Source: an uncultured Candidatus Saccharibacteria bacterium
Lineage (GTDB): Bacteria; Patescibacteriota; Minisyncoccia; Phycocordibacterales; UBA5272
DNA: 61,326 bases
Reading direction: 5' to 3'
Assembly (NCBI GenBank): GCA_964577655.1
Contig: CAZNZR010000002.1
Span: 1-61,326 of the forward strand
Part shown: positions 1-8,266 of the stretch, one piece after another
Layout of the letters: each line of letters starts with the position of its first letter
Numbering within the stretch: position 1 is the stretch's first letter
Position numbers and translations under genes: made by a program
The notes under the pieces: model-generated
What the model was told of the DNA's origin: nothing
Database searches by the model: none
Seen by the model: only the letters and a program-made list of their open reading frames with translations

Positions 1-43
1 AATTTAAAAGATTATTTTAACTCCTTTTAAGGATTTTTATTTT

Positions 44-679
44 ATGGAATTTGCAGGACAATCAATGTTATTATCTAGTGGTCTCGGATCTTCTTGGAGT
101 TATTTTGTGATTTTATTTTTAGCAATGCTAGATACTCTTTTTGTAATCGGGACTATTTTCCCTGGAGGAATTATGGTTATTGGAGTTGGATTTCTCGCAG
201 CATTTTCTGTATTAAATGTCTGGGTAGCTTTTGTAGCGGCCTTAGTAGGAGGATTGCTTGGAGATATAATTACTTATTATCTAGGTACTCATGGGACCAA
301 TTGGTTCAAAGGAGAGAGTAAATTGCTAAAATATACTTATCTAGAAAAAGGTCAGATATTTTTTGAAAAACATGGAGATAAAAGTATATTGATAGGTAGA
401 TTTATGGGAGTGGTGAAAGCAGTTATACCATTTGTCGCAGGATTACTTGGTATGAGATTTAAGAAATTTTTTTATTTAAATCTAATAGCTTGCGCTATCT
501 GGACATTACTTTATATGGGATTAGGATTTTTTTTAGGAGTTAGTACAAATCATTTTTATATCTCTAAGACTTTAAAAGTATTAATCTTAGCGATACCTTT
601 TATTATTTTTATAGCTTGGATAATATATGAATCAAGAACAAAAATGTGGAAAGCGGTAAAAGAATTTTTGAAAGATTAG
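44..679 (+). CDS. DedA/VTT-family membrane protein
   Basis: 211-aa ORF with several hydrophobic helices and a DedA-like core 'GRFMGVVKAVIPFVAGLLGM'. Confidence 0.75.
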   Translation: MEFAGQSMLLSSGLGSSWSYFVILFLAMLDTLFVIGTIFPGGIMVIGVGFLAAFSVLNVWVAFVAALVGGLLGDIITYYLGTHGTNWFKGESKLLKYTYLEKGQIFFEKHGDKSILIGRFMGVVKAVIPFVAGLLGMRFKKFFYLNLIACAIWTLLYMGLGFFLGVSTNHFYISKTLKVLILAIPFIIFIAWIIYESRTKMWKAVKEFLKD

Positions 680-694
680 TTTTAATCTTCAATC

Positions 695-1639
695 TTAATC
701 TTTAACTACGACTTTAGTTCCTAGTTCTGCCCAAGAATACAATTTTTCAGCCTCATCAGGAATCAGATTTACACATCCATGAGACCATTGTGAGCCAAAA
801 TTATTGTGCCAATATGCTCCGTGTATAGCTCCACCTTGATAAGTAAAGTACATAGTCCATGGGACTCCTGGTAGATCATAATATTGATCAGAGATACCTT
901 CGATAGGTCCTTGCATATATCTGCTAGGTGTCTTTTCGAAAATATAAAAAGTCCCTCTAGGAGTAGGCAGGTCGTCTAGCCCAGAAGATATAGAAGTTTC
1001 TATGTATAACTCATCATTTTCATAAGCGTATAATTTTTGCTCACTTAGCTTGACTATTATCACTTTACTCACACTCTTTTTGACTTTACCAATAAATTTT
1101 TCTGTATAACTTTCTACTGGAGTTAGATATTGAGAAGAGATGTATAAGTCAGAAGGTATCCTATCAGAATATCTTCTCCATTCATCAAATACCACATGAT
1201 ACCAATCTATCCCATCACTTGAGATTATTTCCCCATTCGTCTTGAGTACCATATTATCCCTTAGACTTGATACTGATGGACAAGATAATCCAGGACAAGA
1301 TCTCGCGCGGACGCATCCACCAGCAAAGTCAGTTCCACAGCTATCTGTGATCTTTACATATTGTCCATTTTTTCTGTAGATATCACTATTAGAAGTAGAA
1401 GCCGTCGCGATACTGCTACTAGTGGTAGTAGCTATCTCCGAAGTGGAAGTAAGCTTTTGAAGCTCAATAAATGTAGAATAATTTTGGCTATTACTCTCTT
1501 CATCATAGAGCTTTCCTTTTATATTATCTTTATTTTCGTAGAAAAAGTAGCTAATTAGTAATAATAAAAATATCACTAATAATATTATATTTGTCAGGAA
1601 ATATCTAGATCTTTTATATTTTTTGAAATATTTTTTCAT
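695..1639 (-). CDS. L,D-transpeptidase (YkuD domain) with N-terminal membrane anchor
   Basis: C-terminal catalytic signature 'IHGAYWHNNFG..SHGCVNL'. N-terminal TM helix and a Ser/Thr-rich linker. Confidence 0.85.
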   Translation of the reverse strand: MKKYFKKYKRSRYFLTNIILLVIFLLLLISYFFYENKDNIKGKLYDEESNSQNYSTFIELQKLTSTSEIATTTSSSIATASTSNSDIYRKNGQYVKITDSCGTDFAGGCVRARSCPGLSCPSVSSLRDNMVLKTNGEIISSDGIDWYHVVFDEWRRYSDRIPSDLYISSQYLTPVESYTEKFIGKVKKSVSKVIIVKLSEQKLYAYENDELYIETSISSGLDDLPTPRGTFYIFEKTPSRYMQGPIEGISDQYYDLPGVPWTMYFTYQGGAIHGAYWHNNFGSQWSHGCVNLIPDEAEKLYSWAELGTKVVVKD

Positions 1640-1692
1640 GGTATTTATATACCACTAATTATATCTTAAACCAAGTTTTTTACAAAAATTTT

Positions 1693-1709
1693 GCTGAGCG
1701 ACCTGAGCC
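1693..1709 (-). repeat. Partial copy (half) of GC-rich mini-element
   Basis: 'GCTGAGCGACCTGAGCC' shares the CG[AT]CCTGAGC core with 1769-1789 and 2582-2600. Confidence 0.4.
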
Positions 1710-1721
1710 AGAACCAAATGA

Positions 1722-1748
1722 TTCCTTGCCGCGTAAGGCTTTGGCACC
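1722..1748 (+). repeat. Intergenic copy of GC-rich mini-element
   Basis: 'TTCCTTGCCGCGTAAGGCTTTGGCACC' aligns with the in-CDS copies (CTTCGC..AAGGCTTCGGC core). Confidence 0.6.
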
Positions 1749-1768
1749 TATTTTCAGTATATCATTTT

Positions 1769-1789
1769 GACACGTCCTGAGCGCATAGC
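1769..1789 (-). repeat. Partial mini-element; left member of the direct repeat flanking ORF 1815-2561
   Basis: 'GACACGTCCTGAGCGCATAGC' compared with 'GACGCGTCCTGAGCAACGC' at 2582-2600. Confidence 0.55.
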
Positions 1790-1814
1790 AAAAACTATAT
1801 ATTACGATCCATAC

Positions 1815-2561
1815 TTAAAAACTCAATCGTGAATAGAGTCGGTCTTTCAAATCATACCCTTCTTGCTTAACACTATCATCAAGATTCTTTAATGTATTAT
1901 TGCTTGAGCTATAGTCCTCTCGAGTAGAAGTGCTGGAATCTATATTCAATTTTTTTGTTGATTCAGTTGCAAGTAATCCTGGATGAATAGTCTCGGGATA
2001 TTTTATTTCAATAACATACACATCAGTCAAAGTTCCGTCGTTAGAAAAAGTATAGTGAATATTTGTTCTGCTGTTCTCGTAGAATTTATAAATCTCCACC
2101 TTAGTAGTAAGACCTCCTTTCTGAACAGTGAGTCGTGTTTGAACGGAGCCAACCTGACTTATATCAAAGTCAAATAGTTGACCATGCCCGATATAACCAG
2201 CATCCCCGCAAACCACATAGACGACCTTATCGTCATTACCGAATTGTATGGAGATCATCTCAGACTCTCCAAACCCTGACTCATAGTCGTAGCTGATGCT
2301 ATGGTTATCATTTTCGGTAGCAATAGAAGCAAAATAAGGGGAAGAACCCATAACTCCAAGAACATCCTCACGACTCATGTCCAATTTCAAACTGGAACAA
2401 TGCTCGCGATTCAATCTTGCCAACCGATTTGATTTTTTAAAATGACTAACGAGTAGCAAGAGACAAGCTAGTATAAGGATTGTTATTAAGATTATTTTTT
2501 TCTTCTTTCCCATTTGGTACATATTAATTATATCGCGCATTGTAATTCTCACTCTATGCAA
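1815..2561 (-). CDS. Hypothetical membrane-anchored protein
   Basis: Long ORF with an N-terminal K-rich segment plus TM helix ('GKKKKIILITILILACLLLLV'). No recognisable domain. The track start is TTG; ATG candidates lie at 2522 and 2513. Confidence 0.5.
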   Translation of the reverse strand: MHRVRITMRDIINMYQMGKKKKIILITILILACLLLLVSHFKKSNRLARLNREHCSSLKLDMSREDVLGVMGSSPYFASIATENDNHSISYDYESGFGESEMISIQFGNDDKVVYVVCGDAGYIGHGQLFDFDISQVGSVQTRLTVQKGGLTTKVEIYKFYENSRTNIHYTFSNDGTLTDVYVIEIKYPETIHPGLLATESTKKLNIDSSTSTREDYSSSNNTLKNLDDSVKQEGYDLKDRLYSRLSF

Positions 2562-2581
2562 AACTCACAGAACATAGCCCT

Positions 2582-2600
2582 GACGCGTCCTGAGCAACGC
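2582..2600 (-). repeat. Partial mini-element; right member of the direct repeat, abutting the tRNA-Gln 3' end
   Basis: 'GACGCGTCCTGAGCAACGC', 13/14 identical to 1769-1782. Confidence 0.55.
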
Positions 2601-2606
2601 TCTTGT

Positions 2607-2680
2607 TGGCTGCCAGAACTGGAATCGAACCAATATTCACAGCTTCAAAGGCTGCTGTCCTACCATTAGACGATCTGGCA
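2607..2680 (-). tRNA. tRNA-Gln (anticodon UUG), CCA encoded
   Basis: The reverse complement folds as a cloverleaf. Acceptor TGCCAGA/TCTGGCA, anticodon loop CTTTGAA, T-loop TTCGATT, 3' GCCA. Confidence 0.9.
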
Positions 2681-2785
2681 ATATTAAGAATCTTAGTACA
2701 TTCTTAAATTATGTCAAATTATTATATCAAAAATGCTTCAAAAAACAAAATTTAATATTTTGCAACAAATAAAAAATTTTTCTAG

Positions 2786-2815
2786 TTGCATTTCTATTTT
2801 CCTTTAGAGTATAAT
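2786..2815 (+). promoter_or_regulatory. Sigma70-like promoter (TTGCAT-18 nt-TATAAT)
   Basis: Hexamers read directly from the sequence upstream of ORF 2911. Confidence 0.5.
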
Positions 2816-2910
2816 GTAGAGAATAAAAATTTTGTTAATGTTAAAGTTAGTCTTAGAAAATTATTATTAGTTTACTTTTATAAAAAATAAAATTAATTTT
2901 TTTAAAATAT

Positions 2911-3150
2911 ATGGCGCTTGAAAATAATCTTAAGAGTAATGAATCGGAAAAGGGGAAGGTGATTAATATGAACACTTATCCTGGACAGGAAATTATTGCT
3001 AAAGTTGTAAGTATGACCGAGTCATTATTAAAAAAAGAAGAGGCCACTAAAAAATACGGCAAATCAGGTAAAGCCTTTCAGATGATGACTTATCCAGCAT
3101 CTTTACTTAAAAATATGAGAGATATTAACAATAACAATAATAGAGCTTAG
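2911..3150 (+). CDS. Hypothetical small protein
   Basis: 79-aa ORF downstream of a promoter and followed by a hairpin plus T-tract at about 3158-3192. Confidence 0.4.
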   Translation: MALENNLKSNESEKGKVINMNTYPGQEIIAKVVSMTESLLKKEEATKKYGKSGKAFQMMTYPASLLKNMRDINNNNNRA

Positions 3151-3234
3151 AAAATTAAAACTGTCTTGTGGATAACATTTAGGCAGTTTTTTTTATTATG
3201 TTAAAATTAATAATGAAAATAAATATTAATTTTT

Positions 3235-3552
3235 ATGGATTTTACACAGACAGAAGAAGATAAAGATTTGAATGTAAAGATAAAAAACATTCTCCATAAG
3301 TCTAATTTATCCTTTGATGAGACGAGGGCATTTTTTGATGGTCTTCAATATTTACCAACAGAAGAAAAAAAGCAATTTATATCTATATTAGAAGAAGATC
3401 CAGAGCTTATTTATCCTCTTTATATTAATTTTAAAGCCAAATTAAAAGCCCTAGAAGAAGATGATACTGGAAGAAGTTGGGATCAAATAGTAGAAGACGA
3501 AATAAAGCAGCTAGAAGATTATATGAATAATAAAGGTATGGTTAACAGCTAA
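3235..3552 (+). CDS. Hypothetical acidic protein
   Basis: 105-aa ORF with no recognised domain. Confidence 0.45.
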   Translation: MDFTQTEEDKDLNVKIKNILHKSNLSFDETRAFFDGLQYLPTEEKKQFISILEEDPELIYPLYINFKAKLKALEEDDTGRSWDQIVEDEIKQLEDYMNNKGMVNS

Positions 3553-3594
3553 AATTTAGCCTGCCTTTATTATATAAATTAATTAATTAAATAT

Positions 3595-3783
3595 ATGGCT
3601 CACTTAGCAAGAATTTTGGTTATTATCGGAGGCCTTAATTGGGGTCTTGTAGGTATTGGTAATTTTATGGGAAGAGATTTTAATGTAGTAGAATTATTAT
3701 CTGCCTTATCTCCAATTTTACCAACTATTATCTATGTAGTTGTAGGTATTGCAGCTTTGATTTTAGTTTTTAAGAAAGCTTAA
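3595..3783 (+). CDS. DUF378-family small membrane protein
   Basis: 'IGGLNWGLVGI' motif and two TM helices, typical of DUF378. Confidence 0.7.
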   Translation: MAHLARILVIIGGLNWGLVGIGNFMGRDFNVVELLSALSPILPTIIYVVVGIAALILVFKKA

Positions 3784-3873
3784 TATTTCTAATTTAAATT
3801 AGTGGCGTAAAAGCAGATCAAGAAATTGATTTGTTTTTATTTTTTTAATATAATATATAATATATACAAATAC

Positions 3874-4536
3874 ATGTCTCCATTACCTAAAATCTCTAGC
3901 TTTAAGTCTCCAGCTAAGACTTTTGCTCAGATCATATTATTAATCATTATTGTCGCTATAATTTACGCTATTATAAATACCTTTAATAATTATTTTGTTA
4001 ATAATAAAATTGATAACAGAAAATTATTTATCCAAAATCTCGCTTTTGATTATAGAGTAACTAGAGTTATAGATGGAGATACTCTAGAAATAGAAAGATT
4101 AGACGGTGAAAACATCTTTGATTTTGGAAAAGAGGTGAAAGTTAGGCTAATTGGCATTAATTCTCCAGAGTCTGTCGATCCCAGAAGGCCTGTAGAATGT
4201 TTTGGAGAAGAAGCAAAAGAATTTGTTGATGATATAGCTGATTCTAAGATAGCTGCTTTAGAATTAGATAATTCTCAATCTAGAGTAGATAAATATGGAA
4301 GATTACTTGCTTATGTATTTGTAAAAAAGTCAGGCATTAAAGACGAGAATGTAATTTTTCTTAATGAAGAAGCCATAAAAGAAGGCTATGCTTATGAATA
4401 CACTTATGAATATCCATATAAATATCAGCAAAACTTCAAGTCTCTGCAAGCTATAGCTAGAGCGAATAAGCTAGGTCTATGGTCTATTAATACTTGTAAT
4501 GGACTAAAGATTCCAGTCGCAGCACCAAAAGACTAG
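3874..4536 (+). CDS. Thermonuclease (staphylococcal nuclease, SNase-like), membrane-anchored
   Basis: 'VIDGDTLEI', 'VRLIGINSPE', 'DKYGRLLAYVF' and 'NEEAIKEGYA' match the SNase fold. Start moved to the ATG at 3874 ('MSPLPK'). Confidence 0.8.
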   Translation: MSPLPKISSFKSPAKTFAQIILLIIIVAIIYAIINTFNNYFVNNKIDNRKLFIQNLAFDYRVTRVIDGDTLEIERLDGENIFDFGKEVKVRLIGINSPESVDPRRPVECFGEEAKEFVDDIADSKIAALELDNSQSRVDKYGRLLAYVFVKKSGIKDENVIFLNEEAIKEGYAYEYTYEYPYKYQQNFKSLQAIARANKLGLWSINTCNGLKIPVAAPKD

Positions 4537-4554
4537 TGATATAATAAATTTATT

Positions 4555-5301
4555 ATGAAAAACTTTTTTATTTTATTCTGGAAAAGGGGATTGCAAATAT
4601 TATTTTTAATATTACTAATATGGATATTTTATTTTATATTAAATTTTATGTTTCCTCACATGTTTGATTTTTTGAGAGGAACAGGTAACAATCTTAATTC
4701 TAATAGCACATCTTCTTTAGTTAATAAAAATAATCTCTCTTGGCGAGGAAGGCTTTATAATACATTTTTCGCTTCCAGAGCTAATAAAAATTATACTCTC
4801 AATTCAGATTCTTTGGCTACTAGCACATATCCTAAAAAGCCAAGCTATTGGGACGGATCTTCTACTAGCTCATATGTCTGGGGAAGTGAAGGAGGCTCTT
4901 GGGGTGGAAGCGGTACGAATAGATTAAAGCCGACTGATCTTTATATATATCCTAATCTTAATAATTCTATAGCGCAAAATCTAAGGATAAATAATATTTT
5001 AATTAAAAAAGATTTGAATAATATTCTAGTAGATGGAAATATTATTTCTGGCGACATAGCCAAATCATATCTAAGTCAATATTTTTTTAATATTGATATT
5101 TATAATAGCGCCGGAGATTATATATTTTCGATTGGAGCAAATGCTTATACCGATCTTAAAGATAAAGACACACTTCACTTCTCAGCTATATATAGAGATA
5201 GTCAAAATCTATCAGGATACAAAGGGAATGGCTTTATGGTCATTCGCACCGATAATACTAAAGTCGATGGTATTTTGATTATTAATATAAGGATAGAGTA
5301 A
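4555..5301 (+). CDS. Hypothetical secreted or membrane-anchored protein
   Basis: 248-aa ORF with an N-terminal TM helix and no recognised domain. Confidence 0.5.
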   Translation: MKNFFILFWKRGLQILFLILLIWIFYFILNFMFPHMFDFLRGTGNNLNSNSTSSLVNKNNLSWRGRLYNTFFASRANKNYTLNSDSLATSTYPKKPSYWDGSSTSSYVWGSEGGSWGGSGTNRLKPTDLYIYPNLNNSIAQNLRINNILIKKDLNNILVDGNIISGDIAKSYLSQYFFNIDIYNSAGDYIFSIGANAYTDLKDKDTLHFSAIYRDSQNLSGYKGNGFMVIRTDNTKVDGILIINIRIE

Positions 5302-5313
5302 TTTTTTTAAGTT

Positions 5314-5916
5314 TTAATTTTGATTATCTATATCTTCTAATTCATCATCATCGTAATTTTCTTTTTCATAAAAGTTTCGTAGTTTTTTACTATTTGTTTT
5401 ATTTTTATCAAATTTTTCAAACCAAAAATTACTTTTTTTGTAAAAATAACTTTTAAGATCTTTGATCTTTTTTTGCAAGCTCTCTTTTGTAGGTTTTTTA
5501 TTTATCAAATAGAAATATTTATTAGCTAGAAATCTTGCTGTCCAAGCTACCCAATATGGTTTTTTATCTTTATTTATGGAAGTATTGGATATATTATTTT
5601 TTCTGATCTCTTCTATCAGATCTTCAGTAAATTCTTTTTTTATTTTCTCAAAAGTCTTCTCTTTAAAATTTTTCTCTCCTTCCATTTTCGTTTCTAAAAA
5701 AGAATCTAATTTTTTATTGTTTTGTCTAGCGATAAAATCAAAAATTTCTCTTTTTAATTCTTCCTTTTCTTCATCATTACTATTTTGTAAAGCATCGGAG
5801 ACTATTTCTTCTACAGAATATCCGCTTGGGAATCTACCTAAAAGCTCTTCAATTCTTTGATCTGTTGTAGTATGATTTTCCTTTTTTATTTTTGATTTAG
5901 GGTCTTTATTCCACAT
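5314..5916 (-). CDS. Hypothetical K/E-rich protein
   Basis: 200-aa ORF with no recognised domain. Confidence 0.45.
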   Translation of the reverse strand: MWNKDPKSKIKKENHTTTDQRIEELLGRFPSGYSVEEIVSDALQNSNDEEKEELKREIFDFIARQNNKKLDSFLETKMEGEKNFKEKTFEKIKKEFTEDLIEEIRKNNISNTSINKDKKPYWVAWTARFLANKYFYLINKKPTKESLQKKIKDLKSYFYKKSNFWFEKFDKNKTNSKKLRNFYEKENYDDDELEDIDNQN

Positions 5917-5926
5917 GTTTTTGCAA

Positions 5927-6388
5927 CTATTTTACTAACTCATCTATAACTTCTTTTACTATAGCTCCATCTACATTATTTCCTAATTCTCTCATCATCA
6001 TTCCGACAAATTTTCCTTTATTGGCGACATCTACAGGTTCTACGGCTAATTTTTCAGACACTCTTTTCACTATCTCTTCGCGAGACATCTGAGCTGGAAG
6101 GAATTCTTCTATTATTTTCATTTCCGCTTCTTCTCCCTCAGCTAATTCTGGTCTACCCGCAGCAGTGAATTGCTCGATAGAATCTTTTCTTTTCTTCGCT
6201 TCTCTTTTTAAGACTTTTAAGACCTCCTCGTCAGTTAGGGGAGTGTCAGAAGCTTTTCCAGAAGCAATACGAGCTTCAGATACCATTTCATTAGTAAATG
6301 CAGCAGAAAGCATACGAAGCACACTTAATCTTTCAGCATTTTTTTCCATCATAGCTTTTTTAAGCTCAGCTTTTATTTGTTCTTGCAT
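5927..6388 (-). CDS. yqeY: GatB/YqeY-domain protein
   Basis: 'LSVLRMLSAAFTNE' and 'LTDEEVLKVLKREAKKRKDS' align with YqeY family proteins. Confidence 0.85.
   Translation of the reverse strand: MQEQIKAELKKAMMEKNAERLSVLRMLSAAFTNEMVSEARIASGKASDTPLTDEEVLKVLKREAKKRKDSIEQFTAAGRPELAEGEEAEMKIIEEFLPAQMSREEIVKRVSEKLAVEPVDVANKGKFVGMMMRELGNNVDGAIVKEVIDELVK
6243..6268 (-). repeat. Decayed mini-element copy inside yqeY
   Basis: 'GTGTCAGAAGCTTTTCCAGAAGCAAT' encodes 'IASGKASDT'. It shares the 'K-A-S' (aaR gct tcN) core with the TrmD and L9 copies. The position is about 7 aa longer than in Bacillus YqeY as I recall it. Confidence 0.45.
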
Positions 6389-6453
6389 AGATTTGTTTAT
6401 ATTTCTTATTTATAAAGGGATTATATCACAAATATATATTCAATTTAAATTGG

Positions 6454-6481
6454 TTGACAAAATTATTTTAAGGCGTAAAAT
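6454..6481 (+). promoter_or_regulatory. Sigma70-like promoter (TTGACA-16 nt-TAAAAT)
   Basis: Hexamers read directly from the sequence. Confidence 0.5.
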
Positions 6482-6487
6482 AGGTCT

Positions 6488-6595
6488 ATCTTCAGTGGGT
6501 GTTGCTGAAGAAGAAAAATAGTTATAATAATGGAAAATAGTTGCGAACCCCCGCAACAACCCCCGAAATCGAAAGTAGGGGGCTTTTCTTTTTCT
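6488..6595 (+). ncRNA. Candidate small RNA (~105 nt), identity unknown
   Basis: The promoter is followed by hairpins CTTCAG..CTGAAG and GTTGCG..CGCAAC. An intrinsic terminator CCCCC-N13-GGGGG plus T-tract follows. There is no credible ORF. Confidence 0.35.
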
Positions 6596-6675
6596 TCAAT
6601 TTCTAAGTATCTCCTTATTTTACAATACTTTTTTAGAATTTATAAAAAGTATTTGTTATTTTTAGCCAAAATCGC

Positions 6676-6704
6676 TTGACAAAAGATTTGTATTATGATA
6701 AGAT
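6676..6704 (+). promoter_or_regulatory. Sigma70-like promoter (TTGACA-17 nt-TAAGAT)
   Basis: Hexamers read directly from the sequence. Confidence 0.55.
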
Positions 6705-6710
6705 ATAAAT

Positions 6711-7010
6711 AGTTGGTGCTCTTTTAAAAAATGGGCCAAAAGTGGCCCCTCGAGCATCAACTATACTGCTAAATCATACCCGTCACTTCTACGGGGAGTC
6801 CTTCAAAATAAAAGGACTAGCCAACAATGCGGCTTGATGAATCTGTGTCTCAAATAGGCCATGAGATACTGGTTAAGTGATTTATTTCAAGCTTAAATAA
6901 ATCACAGGAAGTAGGTTGGAGTAAGAAAATTGTAAAATGTGCACGATTTTTCATAATCTTTCCTAAAAGCTCCAATTAAAAGCCGCTGTATTTTAGCAGC
7001 GGTTTTTTCT
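6711..7010 (+). ncRNA. Candidate structured RNA (~300 nt), identity unknown
   Basis: Relatively GC-rich and without an ORF. It has a 13-bp 5' hairpin (ATAGTTGGTGCTC / GAGCATCAACTAT), an AGTCCTT/AAGGACT hairpin and a GTGATTTATTT/AAATAAATCAC hairpin. It ends in the terminator CCGCTG-N8-CAGCGG plus T6. Confidence 0.4.
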
Positions 7011-7042
7011 TTTCATAATTTTACATGCTATAATCCATAAAT

Positions 7043-8164
7043 ATGGATACATCTATTATTATTTTAATAGCTATTTTAGTGATATTTTTGATTGGATTAG
7101 TTGTTGTGATTTATATTTTAAATAAAAAACTGGGTGGCGGTGATAAGAGAAATGAATTATTTTTAATAGCAGATACTTTAAAAGACCTAAAAGATGATCT
7201 AAAAACTGATATTAGAGAGACTAGGAGAGAGCTTGATCAAAAGATATACGCAGGACAGAAAGATATGAATGAAAATGTAAAGTATCAATTCGAAGCTTCA
7301 CAAAAATTAATTCGTGATATCAATGAGCATCTAGGCAAAGTAAACGAAAGTGTAGTAGAAGTAAAAGAAGGCAGTAAGCAAGTCGTCAGTATGACAGAGC
7401 AGCTCAGTAATCTTGAAAAGGTTCTAACCAATCAGAAGCAAAGAGGGAATTGGGGAGAATCTTCTCTTGAACTCATACTTTCTAATTTTTTGCCAAATGG
7501 AGTATATGAGATGCAATATGGATTTAAATCTGGAGAGATAGTGGACGCTGTAATTTTTATAAAAGAAAAAGTTCTTCCTATAGATTCAAAATTTTCGATA
7601 GACAATTATCGTAGATGTGTAGAAGCAAATAATGATGAAGATAAAAAATATTTTGCAGAAGAGTTCAAGAAAGATATTAAAAAGAGAATAGAAGAGACAC
7701 AAAAATATATTTCTGAGTCAAAAGAAAATACTCTTCCATTTGCTTTTATGTTCATACCTAGTGAAGCGATATATTATGATCTAAATGCAGGCGATAACGG
7801 CAATCTCAAGATAAATACTCAAAAGCTACTAGATTATGCACAAGAGAAAAAAGTGATAGTCGTCTCTCCGACTTCTATCTTAGCTTATCTTCACCTTGTA
7901 ATCTCTGGAGCAAAAGATAGTCAGATAGAAAAGAATGCACTCGAAATAAAAAAGAAAGTAGAAGAATTAGGCAAGCATATACAAAAGTATGAAGAATATA
8001 TGCAAAAGCTTGGTAATTCTATCAATACTACTGTAAATCACTACAATGCCTCCTATAAAGAATTAAAGAAGATAGATAAAGATGTATACAAGATCACAGA
8101 CGGCGCAAATGAGATGACTGTAGAGCCTACGCTTCTCGATAAAGTTAATCTGGATGAAGAATAA
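7043..8164 (+). CDS. rmuC: DNA recombination protein RmuC
   Basis: N-terminal TM helix and coiled coil. Motifs 'RGNWGESSLELIL', 'PIDSKFSIDNY' and 'FAFMFIPSEAIY'. Confidence 0.85.
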   Translation: MDTSIIILIAILVIFLIGLVVVIYILNKKLGGGDKRNELFLIADTLKDLKDDLKTDIRETRRELDQKIYAGQKDMNENVKYQFEASQKLIRDINEHLGKVNESVVEVKEGSKQVVSMTEQLSNLEKVLTNQKQRGNWGESSLELILSNFLPNGVYEMQYGFKSGEIVDAVIFIKEKVLPIDSKFSIDNYRRCVEANNDEDKKYFAEEFKKDIKKRIEETQKYISESKENTLPFAFMFIPSEAIYYDLNAGDNGNLKINTQKLLDYAQEKKVIVVSPTSILAYLHLVISGAKDSQIEKNALEIKKKVEELGKHIQKYEEYMQKLGNSINTTVNHYNASYKELKKIDKDVYKITDGANEMTVEPTLLDKVNLDEE

Positions 8165-8193
8165 AATTTAAATTTTTACTTAAATCTCATCTG

Positions 8194-8222
8194 TTGACAC
8201 ACATATTATATTTTGATAGTAT
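8194..8222 (+). promoter_or_regulatory. Sigma70-like promoter (TTGACA-17 nt-TAGTAT)
   Basis: Hexamers read directly from the sequence upstream of ORF 8267. Confidence 0.5.
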
Positions 8223-8266
8223 ATTTTTGGTATTAAACAATTTTTGTTCATATAAAACATATTATA

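Noticed and set aside
6165-6521. 118-aa plus-strand ORF, and a 51-aa ORF starting at 6531
   Set aside because: The first is antisense to yqeY and crosses a promoter. The second reads straight through an intrinsic terminator. Neither has a protein-like composition.
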